DNA of 64,000 nucleotides, taken from positions 1 through 64,000 of the IMG/VR virus record IMGVR_UViG_2751185860_000001; one strand, written 5' to 3'. Both the position numbers and the translations under genes were made by a program. Shown in pieces: positions 9,127 to 19,158 of the stretch. How positions within the stretch are numbered: position 1 is the stretch's first letter; each line of letters begins with the position of its first letter. The stretch comes from a virus. Lineage: Duplodnaviria > Caudoviricetes. The notes beneath the pieces are model-generated. The model ran no database searches and had not been told where the DNA came from. It saw only the letters and a program-made list of their open reading frames with translations.

Positions 9127-9159
9127 AAAAAGCCGCGTCATTTATGTGATGCGGCTTTT
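9127..9159. terminator. Bidirectional intrinsic terminator
   Basis: aaaagccgcgtca-tttatg-tgatgcggctttt between convergent genes. Confidence 0.8.
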
Positions 9160-9673
9160 AAAGAGGCTTCTTATTCACGACTTTAGAATAAAAAATCTTA
9201 CGGTATTTTTCATCTCCTTTATAGAGAGAAAATACAGAGCCATTTACTTGTACTATTAAGTAAAAATCATCAAAACTACTAAACTCCCAACACCTCTTGA
9301 TGTAACAAGAATCAAAATCGTTCTTAAACAAACAATCAGACAGATAATAATTGATGCTTGCAATACGCTGGTCAACCACATCGTCATCATAAAAAATATC
9401 GATAACGTCTTTCTGAAAACTAATATTAGGATTTTTTCTTTTATTTTTTCTTTGGTAATTGTTGTAGACACAGATGAGAAGATCATCAAAAATTTTCTGC
9501 CATTGAATATTTGTTTTTGATGTTAAAAGTGCATCCTGTTCTAAGGTTGCATCTCCATTATGGTGCGTCTTTAAAAATCTAATTCTCTCAGGTATATGAA
9601 ACATAGTCTTCCCTTCTGTAACCTCTGTGCGTTTTTCAGTTTTTCTTGTTAACACGAGCGTTTTCTGTATCAT
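9158..9673 (-). CDS. Hypothetical AT-rich accessory protein
   Basis: 171 aa ORF downstream of the TA pair on the same strand; no recognisable motif. Confidence 0.6.
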   Translation of the reverse strand: MIQKTLVLTRKTEKRTEVTEGKTMFHIPERIRFLKTHHNGDATLEQDALLTSKTNIQWQKIFDDLLICVYNNYQRKNKRKNPNISFQKDVIDIFYDDDVVDQRIASINYYLSDCLFKNDFDSCYIKRCWEFSSFDDFYLIVQVNGSVFSLYKGDEKYRKIFYSKVVNKKPL

Positions 9674-9753
9674 GATGCTTTAAAGAAGATTATATTTTTC
9701 CAAAATATCCTGCACAGCTTCAACCAATTGACTTTCTTTAATGGTTATTTAGG

Positions 9754-10065
9754 TTAGATATGTGGAACAGATCGTTCAAGGGGTTGTACAGCTAACCGAA
9801 GCCCCATAGTTCGTAGTAAGGCAGTCAAACTGCGAAGCTCAGGGTTTCCTTTCTGTGAAAGTGTACGATAAAGCTGTGTTGGATTTAGTTCAGCTGCTTT
9901 AGCTACAGTTTGAACACCACCATAGGCTTTTGCCATTTGACGAAGCGTTACAAGTAGCTCACCTTGATCGCCATCAGCTAAAATTGCATCAAGGGTAGCT
10001 GCTGCCGTTTCAGGATCATTACAGAACAGTTCAGCCATTGCATCATCATGGTTACGGTCTTTCAT
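9754..10065 (-). CDS. Addiction-module antidote, HigA-like HTH antitoxin (HI1420 type)
   Basis: LRQMAKAYGGVQTVAKAAELNPTQLYRTLSQKGNPELRSL. Confidence 0.88.
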   Translation of the reverse strand: MKDRNHDDAMAELFCNDPETAAATLDAILADGDQGELLVTLRQMAKAYGGVQTVAKAAELNPTQLYRTLSQKGNPELRSLTALLRTMGLRLAVQPLERSVPHI

Positions 10066-10077
10066 CTCTACACTCCT

Positions 10078-10401
10078 TTAATCTTCACGGTTTTGCCAAT
10101 CATGCCAATAAGCGCACGCGCGGGTAATATCAGTGTTTTGCGTCCTTTTGGTGCCACCACACAATAACAGCAACACGGTTTTTCCTAATTGGGTATAATA
10201 AATTCGGTAACCAGGCCCGATATGAATTCGCAATTCATAAATGCCATCACGAAGTGGTCTAAAATCACCAAAATTTCCTTGCTCCAAACGGTTAAGGCGG
10301 CGAATAATTGCGGTTTTAGCTTGCACATCACGAAGTTTGTATAACCAGTCGGTTATCAAATTTTTTCCATCAGCAGTAAGGTAGTGGCGTATCTTAAACA
10401 T
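10078..10401 (-). CDS. Addiction-module killer, RelE/HigB-like toxin (HI1419 type)
   Basis: GNFGDFRPLRDGIYELRIHIGPGYRIYY...LLLCGGTKRTQ; toxin-first order. Confidence 0.9.
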   Translation of the reverse strand: MFKIRHYLTADGKNLITDWLYKLRDVQAKTAIIRRLNRLEQGNFGDFRPLRDGIYELRIHIGPGYRIYYTQLGKTVLLLLCGGTKRTQNTDITRACAYWHDWQNRED

Positions 10402-10407
10402 AAACAG

Positions 10408-10436
10408 ATTATCGTTTATAAACGAATATTTGTCAA
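10408..10436 (-). promoter_or_regulatory. TA promoter with operator palindrome
   Basis: Minus-strand TTGACA (10436-10431), 17 nt, GATAAT (10413-10408); palindrome cgtttataaacg at 10413-10424. Confidence 0.72.
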
Positions 10437-10735
10437 GGATTGATATAGTTTTCTTGAAAAGATTTTGCCTTTATATGAAAGCTTTTTAAAATATGCATTC
10501 ATAGAAGAAATTTATGAATATTATCAATGAGTTCTATGAATGAGCTGAGAACAGCATTTGGATGTTGGTAAAATGCTATAAAATGTTTGTTTTCAGTATA
10601 TTATTTTGTTTATCTGTATTAACTAGTTTAATATATTATGATATAATATTGTAAATATATATAAAAATTAGTTTTTTATTCCTATATTTTGTTTCATTAA
10701 GACACACATAATTTTTCTTAGAAAAGATATCCAAC

Positions 10736-11170
10736 ATGATCAATAAAGTAATTTTAGTAGGCAATCTTGGTGCCGATCCTGAGAGCAGGACAATGGCATC
10801 TGGTGCAGAGGTGGTGAACTTTCGTATAGCCACGTCACAGAGCTATACAGATAAAGCAACAGGTGAAAAGGTAGATAAAACAGAATGGCATTCTGTCGTT
10901 GTTTTTAATCCACATCTTGCAAAGGTTGCGCTTCAGTATCTGAGTAAAGGTTCCAAGGTTTATGTTGAAGGTCAATTACAGACACGTAAATGGCAAGATA
11001 AAAGCGGGCAAACACGTTACACAACAGAAATTGTCTTGCCGCAATATAGGGGTGAATTGAGGATCCTTAATAGCATTCAAAAAGATGGTATTGATATGGC
11101 TTTGGAAGCGATGGAGCAAGAGGATAAGCGGTATTTAAAAACAACTTTGAATGATAGAATCCCGTTTTAA
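10736..11170 (+). CDS. ssb: Single-stranded DNA-binding protein
   Basis: [16 protein letters not shown]...[13 protein letters not shown]; acidic tail NDRIPF. Confidence 0.96.
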   Translation: MINKVILVGNLGADPESRTMASGAEVVNFRIATSQSYTDKATGEKVDKTEWHSVVVFNPHLAKVALQYLSKGSKVYVEGQLQTRKWQDKSGQTRYTTEIVLPQYRGELRILNSIQKDGIDMALEAMEQEDKRYLKTTLNDRIPF

Positions 11171-11184
11171 TCAGAGGTTTTCTT

Positions 11185-11730
11185 ATGAAGAAACGAAAGA
11201 AACGGGGAAGACCTAGAATAGAAGGTCAAATAAGAGAACCCAATGGACGTATTTCGCGTGCAAAAACGACTGACAAGTCTTTGTACCAACAGACACTTAA
11301 AATGCGTGCCAAGCGTTATGGGGCGAGTATTCAAGATGCGAAAAACCCGCTTATGGGCACTTATGTAGGGCGGTTATATTTGTTGGAAAAAAAGATTAAT
11401 CAAGATCAGTATGATGCGTCACAGCAGTATATTCAGGTGAAAAACGATTATCGGTGTGCAAAAGGGTTTCAGAGTGCAGTTTATAGTGAGATGCCAACAT
11501 GTTATGATGACAGAGGAAGGGAAAAATGGATTGAAATAGCAACTGATCGCTATGAAGCTGTGCAAGAGGTTATTAGAGAAACACAAGGTTTATATCGTCA
11601 GTATAATCTTCATGCTGCTTTGCAGTATATTGTTATAGAAGACCAACAACTGCCGCATCTTGTCAGTTCTCTATACATTGCTCTGAATGCTCTTCATAAA
11701 TACTTCTCGCAAGAGAAAAAAACTTTGTAA
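11185..11730 (+). CDS. Putative late-gene regulator / antiterminator (DUF6456-like by pattern)
   Basis: 181 aa; last early gene before the late promoter and terminators; INQDQYDASQQY and C-terminal LYIALNALHKYF; close paralog at 35830-36360. Confidence 0.5.
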   Translation: MKKRKKRGRPRIEGQIREPNGRISRAKTTDKSLYQQTLKMRAKRYGASIQDAKNPLMGTYVGRLYLLEKKINQDQYDASQQYIQVKNDYRCAKGFQSAVYSEMPTCYDDRGREKWIEIATDRYEAVQEVIRETQGLYRQYNLHAALQYIVIEDQQLPHLVSSLYIALNALHKYFSQEKKTL

Positions 11731-11752
11731 ACTTTAAGCAGCGTCTTGAATA

Positions 11753-11839
11753 TCAATAAGTGATGAACTCTTGAAAGTCTTTAATAATAACAATAAGGAT
11801 ATCATTATCATCTTTAATGAATTTAATGGCATATTTCAT
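11753..11839 (-). pseudogene. HicB-like antitoxin remnant (not in the ORF track)
   Basis: MKYAIKFIKDDNDILIVIIKDFQEFITY* resembles a HicB N-terminus; ATG overlaps the upstream stop (ATGA); a DIQDAA* tail follows in another frame (11734-11754). Confidence 0.5.
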
Positions 11840-12120
11840 TTGGAACAAGATTGTACGTTAAGTTGCAAATTAAGAGCTGTTAATACTGCAACTAAGGTTG
11901 AAAGTTTAGGATCACCATTTTCACTTAAAGAGCGATACAAACCACTTCGTGCGAGATCCGCTTCTTTTGCTAAAGCACTCATATTTTGAGCTCGAGCAAC
12001 AATACCAAGAGCATCAGCAATATGAGCTGCGTCACCTGTTTTAAAAGCTTCATTTAAGAATATTTGCTGTTCTTCAGAAGTTTTCAGATATTCTTCAGGT
12101 TTAAATGGTGTTACCTTCAT
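11836..12120 (-). CDS. Addiction-module antidote, HigA-like antitoxin
   Basis: ALGIVARAQNMSALAKEADLARSGLYRSLSENGDPKLSTL. Confidence 0.9.
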   Translation of the reverse strand: MKVTPFKPEEYLKTSEEQQIFLNEAFKTGDAAHIADALGIVARAQNMSALAKEADLARSGLYRSLSENGDPKLSTLVAVLTALNLQLNVQSCSK

Positions 12121-12409
12121 CAGTATACTCCTTTTTTAGTTTCAACGCTTTTTCAATATCTTTTTGCTGTGTTGATTTATCTCCACCACATAACAAAAGG
12201 ATAAATTCAGAACCGCTTTTGAAGAAATAAACCCGGTAACCGGCTCCATAGTGGATACGTAATTCACCGATACCATTAAAAAATTTTACATCACCTAATA
12301 ACCCTCGGTTTAAACGTGTGATACGTTCAAGAATAATAGCTTTAACACTTTTGTCTTTGAGCTTCTTAAGCCAAATGTCGAATTCTTCAGTTTTATGAAT
12401 GCGTATCAT
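12101..12409 (-). CDS. Addiction-module killer, RelE/HigB-like toxin
   Basis: GLLGDVKFFNGIGELRIHYGAGYRVYF...LLCGGDKSTQQKDI. Confidence 0.9.
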   Translation of the reverse strand: MIRIHKTEEFDIWLKKLKDKSVKAIILERITRLNRGLLGDVKFFNGIGELRIHYGAGYRVYFFKSGSEFILLLCGGDKSTQQKDIEKALKLKKEYTDEGNTI

Positions 12410-12415
12410 GTGTCT

Positions 12416-12444
12416 ACTATAGTGTACATATGATATTTTGTCAA
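12416..12444 (-). promoter_or_regulatory. TA promoter
   Basis: Minus-strand TTGACA (12444-12439), 17 nt, TATAGT (12421-12416). Confidence 0.7.
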
Positions 12445-12538
12445 GTGAAATCCTTTATTTTAAATGTGTGATTTTACACTTCCAAATACCATATTTAGAT
12501 TAATTGAGATAAAAAGATACCAGATTATGATTTTTTAG

Positions 12539-12567
12539 TTGACATGGGGGAGAAAATAGTATTTAAT
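12539..12567 (+). promoter_or_regulatory. Late promoter of prophage 1 (pR'-like)
   Basis: TTGACA (12539-12544), 17 nt, TTTAAT (12562-12567); near-identical copy at 37134-37162. Confidence 0.78.
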
Positions 12568-12642
12568 GACACCGCTGTAGGAGGTTTTATTGCGTCCAAA
12601 ATTACAGTTGTAATACAATTTTTATTTCTTGCTATGCTACGG

Positions 12643-12668
12643 AAAGCCCTGCGTTTGCAGGGTTTTTT
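12643..12668 (+). terminator. Intrinsic terminator 1 in the late leader
   Basis: ccctgc-gttt-gcaggg followed by T6. Confidence 0.82.
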
Positions 12669-12713
12669 GTTAAAGCAATCCAGTTTATTCATTTTTATTT
12701 ATTGACATTAATT

Positions 12714-12749
12714 GACCTCCTCTTGTCCCCCGAGAGTGAGGTCTTTTTT
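12714..12749 (+). terminator. Intrinsic terminator 2 in the late leader
   Basis: gacctc...gaggtc followed by T6, just upstream of the terS RBS. Confidence 0.6.
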
Positions 12750-12777
12750 GTTTAAATCACTTCCAAAGGAATCCCCG

Positions 12778-13098
12778 ATGGCATCTGGATCAGATAAGTC
12801 TGTGAAAGGGACACCGCCTAATGCAGGAGCAGGGCGTGTGAAAGGTGTTCCCAATAAGACAACGCGTATACTTAAAGAGGCTGTGATTAAGGCTGCAGAG
12901 CAGGCTGGCAACAAATATGGCAATGAAGGGCTGATCTCTTATCTTGAACGCCAGGCTGTAAAATGCCCCGCTGCTTATTTAGCGTTGTTGGGAAAGATCT
13001 TGCCTTTGCAGGTTACCGGTGAAAATGATGAAGCCATCAAGATGATTACACGTGTTGAGATTGTAGCACCTGTTATCAAGGACAAAGATGCTGTTTAA
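12778..13098 (+). CDS. Terminase small subunit (probable)
   Basis: GAGRVKGVPNKTT motif; directly upstream of the large terminase; RBS aagga. Confidence 0.7.
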   Translation: MASGSDKSVKGTPPNAGAGRVKGVPNKTTRILKEAVIKAAEQAGNKYGNEGLISYLERQAVKCPAAYLALLGKILPLQVTGENDEAIKMITRVEIVAPVIKDKDAV

Positions 13099-13109
13099 GG
13101 GTAATTGAG

Positions 13110-14435
13110 ATGGCTACAGCTCAAGTTGTGATCATCGAGAAATTAATCCCCTTGTTTCAAGGAGCTGCTGATGTGCGTGCTGCGTGGGGAGGGCGAGGAT
13201 CAGGAAAGACAAGGTCCTTTGCCTTAATGGCGGCCTTAAAGGGCTATGAATATGGTATGGGTGGGATATCAGGGATTATCCTTTGTGCTCGCCAGTTTCA
13301 AAATTCGCTTGCTGAGAGTTCATTGCAAGAGATTAAACGAGCGATTGAGACTTATGATTTTTTAAAGGATTATTACAACGTTGGAGAGTCGTCCATTAAG
13401 TCGAAAGATGGACGTATATCTTTTCAGTTTTCGGGGCTAGATCGCAATATTGCGAGCATTAAGTCGATGGGACGTATTTTGCTTTGTTGGGTTGATGAAG
13501 CTGAACCTGTGACAGAAACGGCTTGGCAAACACTGATACCGACATTGCGGGAAGAAGGAGAGGGCTGGCGTGCAGAGCTTTGGGTGACGTGGAATCCGTT
13601 GCGTGAGAATGCACCTGTTGAAAGACGCTTTCGTTTTACAAAGGACGAAAACATTAAAGGAGTAGAAGTTAACTGGTCTGATAATCCTTTGTTTCCCCAA
13701 AAGCTGCAAAGAGTACGTCTTGATGATCTTCAAAACCGTCCTGAGAGCTATAAGCATATTTGGGAGGGTGATTATCTTAAAGCTGTGCAAGGGGCTTATT
13801 TTCAAAAGGAGATGTTAGCAGCAGAGCAAGAGGGGCGCATAGGGCATGTTGCACGTGATCCTTTAATGCCCATTCGTGCTTTTTGGGATATTGGGGGCAC
13901 TGGAGCTAAAGCTGACGCAACGGCTATATGGATTGCACAGTTTGTGGGAAGAGAGATCAGGGTGCTTGATTATTATGAAGCACAAGGTCAACCCTTATCG
14001 GAGCATATAGGATGGTTGCGTCATAATGGTTATGACAAGGCAGTGATGGTGCTTCCTCATGATGGGGCGACAAGAGACCGTGTTTATAATGTGAGCTTTG
14101 AGAGTGCTTTAAATGAGGCTGGTTTTGACACACAGGTTGTGCCCAATCAAGGAGCAGGGGCTGTTAAGATGCGCATTGAAGCGGTGCGTCGTATTTTACC
14201 TTGTGTTTGGTTTCATGAAGAAACAACGGTTGCTGGCCGTAAGGCGTTAAATTGGTATCACGAAAAATGGGATGAAAAGCGCGCCATTGGTTTGGGTGCT
14301 GAACATGACTGGGCAAGTCATGGAGCCGATGCCTTTGGTTTGATGTGCACTGTTTATGAAGCACCACGTACTCCATCAAAACCAGAGCGTTATAGCGCGA
14401 CAGAAAGAGAAACGGCATCATGGATGGCATTTTAG
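13110..14435 (+). CDS. terL: Terminase large subunit (PBSX/Sf6-like)
   Basis: Walker A GGRGSGKT, Walker B WVDEAE, nuclease WDIG and ASHGADAF. Confidence 0.95.
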   Translation: MATAQVVIIEKLIPLFQGAADVRAAWGGRGSGKTRSFALMAALKGYEYGMGGISGIILCARQFQNSLAESSLQEIKRAIETYDFLKDYYNVGESSIKSKDGRISFQFSGLDRNIASIKSMGRILLCWVDEAEPVTETAWQTLIPTLREEGEGWRAELWVTWNPLRENAPVERRFRFTKDENIKGVEVNWSDNPLFPQKLQRVRLDDLQNRPESYKHIWEGDYLKAVQGAYFQKEMLAAEQEGRIGHVARDPLMPIRAFWDIGGTGAKADATAIWIAQFVGREIRVLDYYEAQGQPLSEHIGWLRHNGYDKAVMVLPHDGATRDRVYNVSFESALNEAGFDTQVVPNQGAGAVKMRIEAVRRILPCVWFHEETTVAGRKALNWYHEKWDEKRAIGLGAEHDWASHGADAFGLMCTVYEAPRTPSKPERYSATERETASWMAF

Positions 14436-16462
14436 AAAACGATGTACAAAAGACGACAAGTCTTGATGATGATGCGCTTTATAGACGTCTTAAGTCTTGG
14501 TATGCAGAAGATATAGAGCATGCCAATGAATGGCGTGAGCAAGCGCGTGAAGACTTTGACTTTTATAATGGACGTCAATGGGCAGAAGAAGATTTAGCTG
14601 TTTTAAAGGCACAGCGGCGCCCTGTGATGACGTTTAACCGTATTGCTCCTTTGGTGAATGCCATTGTTGGAGCAGAGCGTAACAATAAACGGGAAGTGCA
14701 GTTTCAACCAAGACAAGTTGGTGCAGCGATATCCAATGAATTACTCACCGGAGCAGCAGAATGGTTTCGTGATGAAGCTGAAGCTGAATATGCCGATTCC
14801 GATGCCTTTCAAGATATGGTCATTTGCGGTATGGGGTGGACAGATACACGGCTTGATTATGAAGAAAACCCTGAAGGTAAACCCACAGTAAGACGCTTAG
14901 ATCCACTCAAGATGGTGTGGGATGTGAATGCTGTAAGGCCTAATCTGGTTGATGCACAGCGTATGTGGTATGTTGATCGCAAGCCCATTGAGGATGCAAA
15001 AAGCTTGTTTCCCAATGTGGCCAGTGAAGATCTGAATGCTGATTGGGCTGTCGATAACACAACCGATCTTGAAGATTATCATGTTTCCCTTGATGCTTAT
15101 AGTGATGACAATAATAGGATAGATGCCGTTTCAAGGAAACGCTATGTCACGCTTGTTGAGTGTCGTTGGTTTGAACATGAGACCTATTACAAAGCACCTG
15201 ATCTTCAAACAGGACAGATGCGTGATTATAGTGCCCAAGAGTTTGAACAACTGCAAATGCTTGTGCCGCAAATCCAAGGAGCGAGCTTTCATAAAAAGGT
15301 GGTTAAGCGTGCTTTTTTAGGGCGTCGTCTTTTAGGCAAGCCTGACAGACCATTAGCGCCTGATGGGCAACTTGGATGGGAGTGCATTACAGGCACGTTG
15401 GATAAGCTTAAAAACCAGTTTTATGGCATTGTGAGGCCGGCGAAAGACCCACAAAAATGGTCGAATAAATATTTTAGTCAGGTGATGTATATCCTCAATA
15501 GCCAGGCTAAAGGTGGGATTATGGCTGAACGAGGTGCTTTTGATGATGAGCGCCAGGCCGTGGAGAGCTGGGCAAAGGCTGATACAATCACATGGCTTAA
15601 AAGTGGTGCTTTAACTCGTGGAATGATACAGTCTAAACCACGTGCAGAGTTTCCTAATGGTTTCTTTCAGCTGTTTAATGAGGCCTGTGAGGCGCTTACA
15701 CATGTGACAGGTTTATCTGCTGAGTTTATAGGAACAAGGGAGGTTAATCAGGCGAATGTGTTGGAGAATACACGTCGCCAGTCAACACTCAATTTGCTTG
15801 CAGGTTTATTTGATAATTTAAAGCTGTATCGGTGCCGACAAGGAAAGATCATTCTTTATCTGATTCAAACCTATCTTTCCGATGGTCGTTTGGTGCGCAT
15901 TTCTGGACCAGAGAAGGCTGAGTATGTACCCTTAACGCGTGAGGCTGTCACCACCCTTGAGTATGACATTATCGTTGATGATTCACCAACCAGTCCGAAT
16001 GAGAAAGAAAGAACCTTTGCAGCGGTTACTCAGATGTTGCCGTTGCTCGGGAATTTCTTAACGCCTGATATGATCCCCGATCTTTTGAAACTCTCGCCAT
16101 TGCCAGCAACTCTTGTAGCCAGTTTAACGGCTAAAGCCCAGCAAGCGCAAATGCAACAGCAACAACAGCAGATGATGATGCAAAACCAAGGGCCACAATT
16201 AAGCCCCGAGCAACAAGCAAAAGTTGCAGCCATTCAACAAGAAACTCAGGCGAAAGGCGTGCTCAATCAACTGGATGCCCAAAGCAAACAAATGGCACTG
16301 CAGCAAAAGAATATTGAGCTTTTCTTAAAGCAAGAACAAGCGCGTATGCAGCTTGAACAGCAAAGAGCAAGAAATGAGATAACCCAGCGAGAGATGCAGA
16401 TCAGAGCATTACAAATAGAGCTTGAAGGTTATCGAGCAGCAACCATCAGAGGCAAAACTTAA
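14420..16462 (+). CDS. Portal protein (P22-like) with Gln-rich coiled C-terminal barrel
   Basis: 680 aa after terL; EDFDFYNGRQW, RPVMTFNRI; poly-Q tail. Confidence 0.88.
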   Translation: MDGILENDVQKTTSLDDDALYRRLKSWYAEDIEHANEWREQAREDFDFYNGRQWAEEDLAVLKAQRRPVMTFNRIAPLVNAIVGAERNNKREVQFQPRQVGAAISNELLTGAAEWFRDEAEAEYADSDAFQDMVICGMGWTDTRLDYEENPEGKPTVRRLDPLKMVWDVNAVRPNLVDAQRMWYVDRKPIEDAKSLFPNVASEDLNADWAVDNTTDLEDYHVSLDAYSDDNNRIDAVSRKRYVTLVECRWFEHETYYKAPDLQTGQMRDYSAQEFEQLQMLVPQIQGASFHKKVVKRAFLGRRLLGKPDRPLAPDGQLGWECITGTLDKLKNQFYGIVRPAKDPQKWSNKYFSQVMYILNSQAKGGIMAERGAFDDERQAVESWAKADTITWLKSGALTRGMIQSKPRAEFPNGFFQLFNEACEALTHVTGLSAEFIGTREVNQANVLENTRRQSTLNLLAGLFDNLKLYRCRQGKIILYLIQTYLSDGRLVRISGPEKAEYVPLTREAVTTLEYDIIVDDSPTSPNEKERTFAAVTQMLPLLGNFLTPDMIPDLLKLSPLPATLVASLTAKAQQAQMQQQQQQMMMQNQGPQLSPEQQAKVAAIQQETQAKGVLNQLDAQSKQMALQQKNIELFLKQEQARMQLEQQRARNEITQREMQIRALQIELEGYRAATIRGKT

Positions 16463-16480
16463 ACGAAAAGGAACGAAACA

Positions 16481-17455
16481 ATGGAAGAAAAATTAACCCC
16501 TGAAGAACAAGCCCTTTATGATGAACAATTTGCAAGCAATTCTCCTGTTGGCGATTATTCTATTGAAAGCGTGCAAGTGGATGAACCTGAGCAAGATGTT
16601 AAAACAGATGGAGCAAATGACACAGGTGGGCTAGATGAGGCATCTGAGCAGCCAGGAGAAGAGGTTTCTCAAGAGCCGTTAAATGATGATGCTGGTGAGC
16701 AAGAGTCTGAAAAGCCTGATTACGGTGTTGTAGAGCAAGAGCGCCAAGCGCGTCAAAAAGCGGAGCAAGATGCTGCTGAGGCTCGTGAGCTTGCACTGGA
16801 GATGGCACAAAAATATGCCACCATGCAGCAAGAAATTACGCGCCGTTCTGATGAAAATGTTCCTTCTTTGGAAAAGGATCCCAAGGCGCATATGGCATGG
16901 CTTAGTCAGAAGGTGCAAGAACAGCAAAGATTGCTTCATGAGTTTTCATCGATAAGAGAGCAACAAGAGCGCGTCAATCAAGAGCACTATGAGCGTCAGC
17001 AATTAGGGGATTATTTTGAAGCAGCCAAGGCACAGGTTCAAGATAAATACCCTGACTTAGATAGCATGATGGATTATCTTTATGAGTATGCAGACAATGA
17101 TTTGAAAGAAAATGCCAATCTGTATCCGCAACTTAATGACCCTGCGGTAAGGCAAGAACAACTTGGCACTCAATTGCGTGATATATGTAAGCAGTGTCAA
17201 AGGGCAGGTATTAACCCTGTGGAGTTTCTTGTGCAAAAAGCAAAGAAGTCTGGATACTCTGGCCCACAGATGAGAGATGATGTGAGTGCTCTTCAAGAAC
17301 GCACAACAGCAGCACGTACATTGACAGCCCGTGGGGGGCAAGCTCCAACAGGGGGTGTTGATGTAAAAACACTTTCTTCCATGCCGGAAGCTGAGTTTGC
17401 AGCATGGGTTGAGAAAAATCCTGGGAAATTTGAACAAATTATGAGCGGGATGTGA
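16481..17455 (+). CDS. Scaffolding protein (probable)
   Basis: Acidic, coiled-coil 324 aa ORF between portal and capsid. Confidence 0.65.
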   Translation: MEEKLTPEEQALYDEQFASNSPVGDYSIESVQVDEPEQDVKTDGANDTGGLDEASEQPGEEVSQEPLNDDAGEQESEKPDYGVVEQERQARQKAEQDAAEARELALEMAQKYATMQQEITRRSDENVPSLEKDPKAHMAWLSQKVQEQQRLLHEFSSIREQQERVNQEHYERQQLGDYFEAAKAQVQDKYPDLDSMMDYLYEYADNDLKENANLYPQLNDPAVRQEQLGTQLRDICKQCQRAGINPVEFLVQKAKKSGYSGPQMRDDVSALQERTTAARTLTARGGQAPTGGVDVKTLSSMPEAEFAAWVEKNPGKFEQIMSGM

Positions 17456-17561
17456 AGGACATGCATCTTAGCTCATCAGAGATAACCAAGTGATGGTGCT
17501 TGGTTATGCCGTACTTTTTGCGGCAATTTTTTAAACAATACGAAGAAAGGCATTTTAAAAA

Positions 17562-18698
17562 ATGGCGACAACACAAATAACGATCAATGACCCATTAGCG
17601 GTTAGCGCTTGGGCTAAGATGCTCAATACAGAGACCTCAAAAGCGTTGTCTATTGCACCGCTTATGGGGACAAACAAAAATAGTGTCATCCAAGTTCAGG
17701 ATGAATCAGGAAAATCAGCGGGTGATTCAATCACCATGGGATTGCGTGTTCAGCTTATGGGTGATGGTGTTAGCGAGGGCCAAACGCTGGAAGGCAATGA
17801 GGAAGCACTTCAGTTTATGAGTGATAAGATACGCATTAATGAGCTTTCTCATGCTGTACGTGTTAAAAATGAAGGATCGATTGATCAGCAACGTGTTTTG
17901 TTTAACTTGCGTAATGAAGCAAAGGATGGACTTGTTGATTGGTATGCAGACCGTTTAAGCATGATGTTCTTTATTCAGGCTGCAGGCTATACAGCACCAT
18001 GGATGAAGTTTGAAGGGCATACCGTAACGCTTAAGCCTGTGCATTATGGTTTTAATGAACCTTTAGAGCCAAGCAGTAAGCGTGTTATTCGCCCAGGTCA
18101 GAAAAAAACGGATGAGACGCTTGCGAAAGAGGATGTGTTTAATCTCAAATTGATTGATCAAGCTGTGCAGCGTGCAAAACTGGCTAATCCTAAGATTAGA
18201 CCGGTGCGTATCAATGGAGACAGTGTCTATGTGATGTATCTTCACCCAATACAGGTGACCCAATTGCGCACCAATACAGATCCTGGTCAGTGGCTTGACA
18301 TTACCAAGGCAGTTTTTAATGGAAGCCGCTCTAAAAACCCCATTTTTGATGGATCATTAGGGATGTATAATGGTGTTGTTTTGCGTGAATCTGAACATGT
18401 GCCCAATGGTGTTGATTCAAAGACCAAAGAGCCTGTTTTGTCTGTTCGGCGTGCTGTTTTGCTTGGTGCACAAAGTATCATCATGGCTTATGGGCGTTTT
18501 AATGGTGGAGCGAAAGGCAATGGAGCAACACGCTATAAATTAGTGGAAGAGATGTTTGATTATGAACGTGAGTTTGGTGTGGCTGCTAAGACTCTTATTG
18601 GCATGAAAAAGCCACGCTACGCTTTACCCTATTCTAATCAGGGAGCACAAGACTTTGGCACCATTGTCATTCCATCTTTTGCTGAAGATAACGTATAA
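17562..18698 (+). CDS. Major capsid protein (N4-gp56/DUF4043-like)
   Basis: KSAGDSITMGLRVQLMGDGVSEGQTLEGNEEAL; GSLGMYNGVVLRE; RAVLLGAQS. Confidence 0.88.
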   Translation: MATTQITINDPLAVSAWAKMLNTETSKALSIAPLMGTNKNSVIQVQDESGKSAGDSITMGLRVQLMGDGVSEGQTLEGNEEALQFMSDKIRINELSHAVRVKNEGSIDQQRVLFNLRNEAKDGLVDWYADRLSMMFFIQAAGYTAPWMKFEGHTVTLKPVHYGFNEPLEPSSKRVIRPGQKKTDETLAKEDVFNLKLIDQAVQRAKLANPKIRPVRINGDSVYVMYLHPIQVTQLRTNTDPGQWLDITKAVFNGSRSKNPIFDGSLGMYNGVVLRESEHVPNGVDSKTKEPVLSVRRAVLLGAQSIIMAYGRFNGGAKGNGATRYKLVEEMFDYEREFGVAAKTLIGMKKPRYALPYSNQGAQDFGTIVIPSFAEDNV

Positions 18699-18726
18699 AC
18701 ATCAATGAAATGAGTAGGATTTAATT

Positions 18727-19158
18727 ATGACAAAACAACGTCTTATGACACAGACATTTGTTGATTTTACACAAACAACGGATGAGGGCATGCCACCTGT
18801 TTTGCAGGGGCGTGATATTCATACACAACAAGTGAGCTTTTTTCGCTCACGTATACAAGCAAGTGACACAGGGCTTACCACATCGGTTGGTGTTTTACCA
18901 CGGGGTGCTTTGATTAAAAGCATTACTGTTTATACACTGACAGATTTTGAAGGGGCCACTGCAACGATTGGCAAAAAACCAGGGGACAGTGATTATGGGA
19001 CACAAGTGCTTGAAGCGGAAGGTGTTAAAGAGGTTGAATTGCCTTTAAAAGCACGCAGCGTTCCCCTTCAGTTTGAAAATACGATTTATGTTACACGAGA
19101 CAAGAAAAGCTCCAAAGGGGATGCTGAGATCATTGTTGAGTTTTACACAAATCGTTAA
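18727..19158 (+). CDS. Capsid-associated / decoration protein (probable)
   Basis: 143 aa beta-rich ORF directly after the capsid gene. Confidence 0.55.
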   Translation: MTKQRLMTQTFVDFTQTTDEGMPPVLQGRDIHTQQVSFFRSRIQASDTGLTTSVGVLPRGALIKSITVYTLTDFEGATATIGKKPGDSDYGTQVLEAEGVKEVELPLKARSVPLQFENTIYVTRDKKSSKGDAEIIVEFYTNR

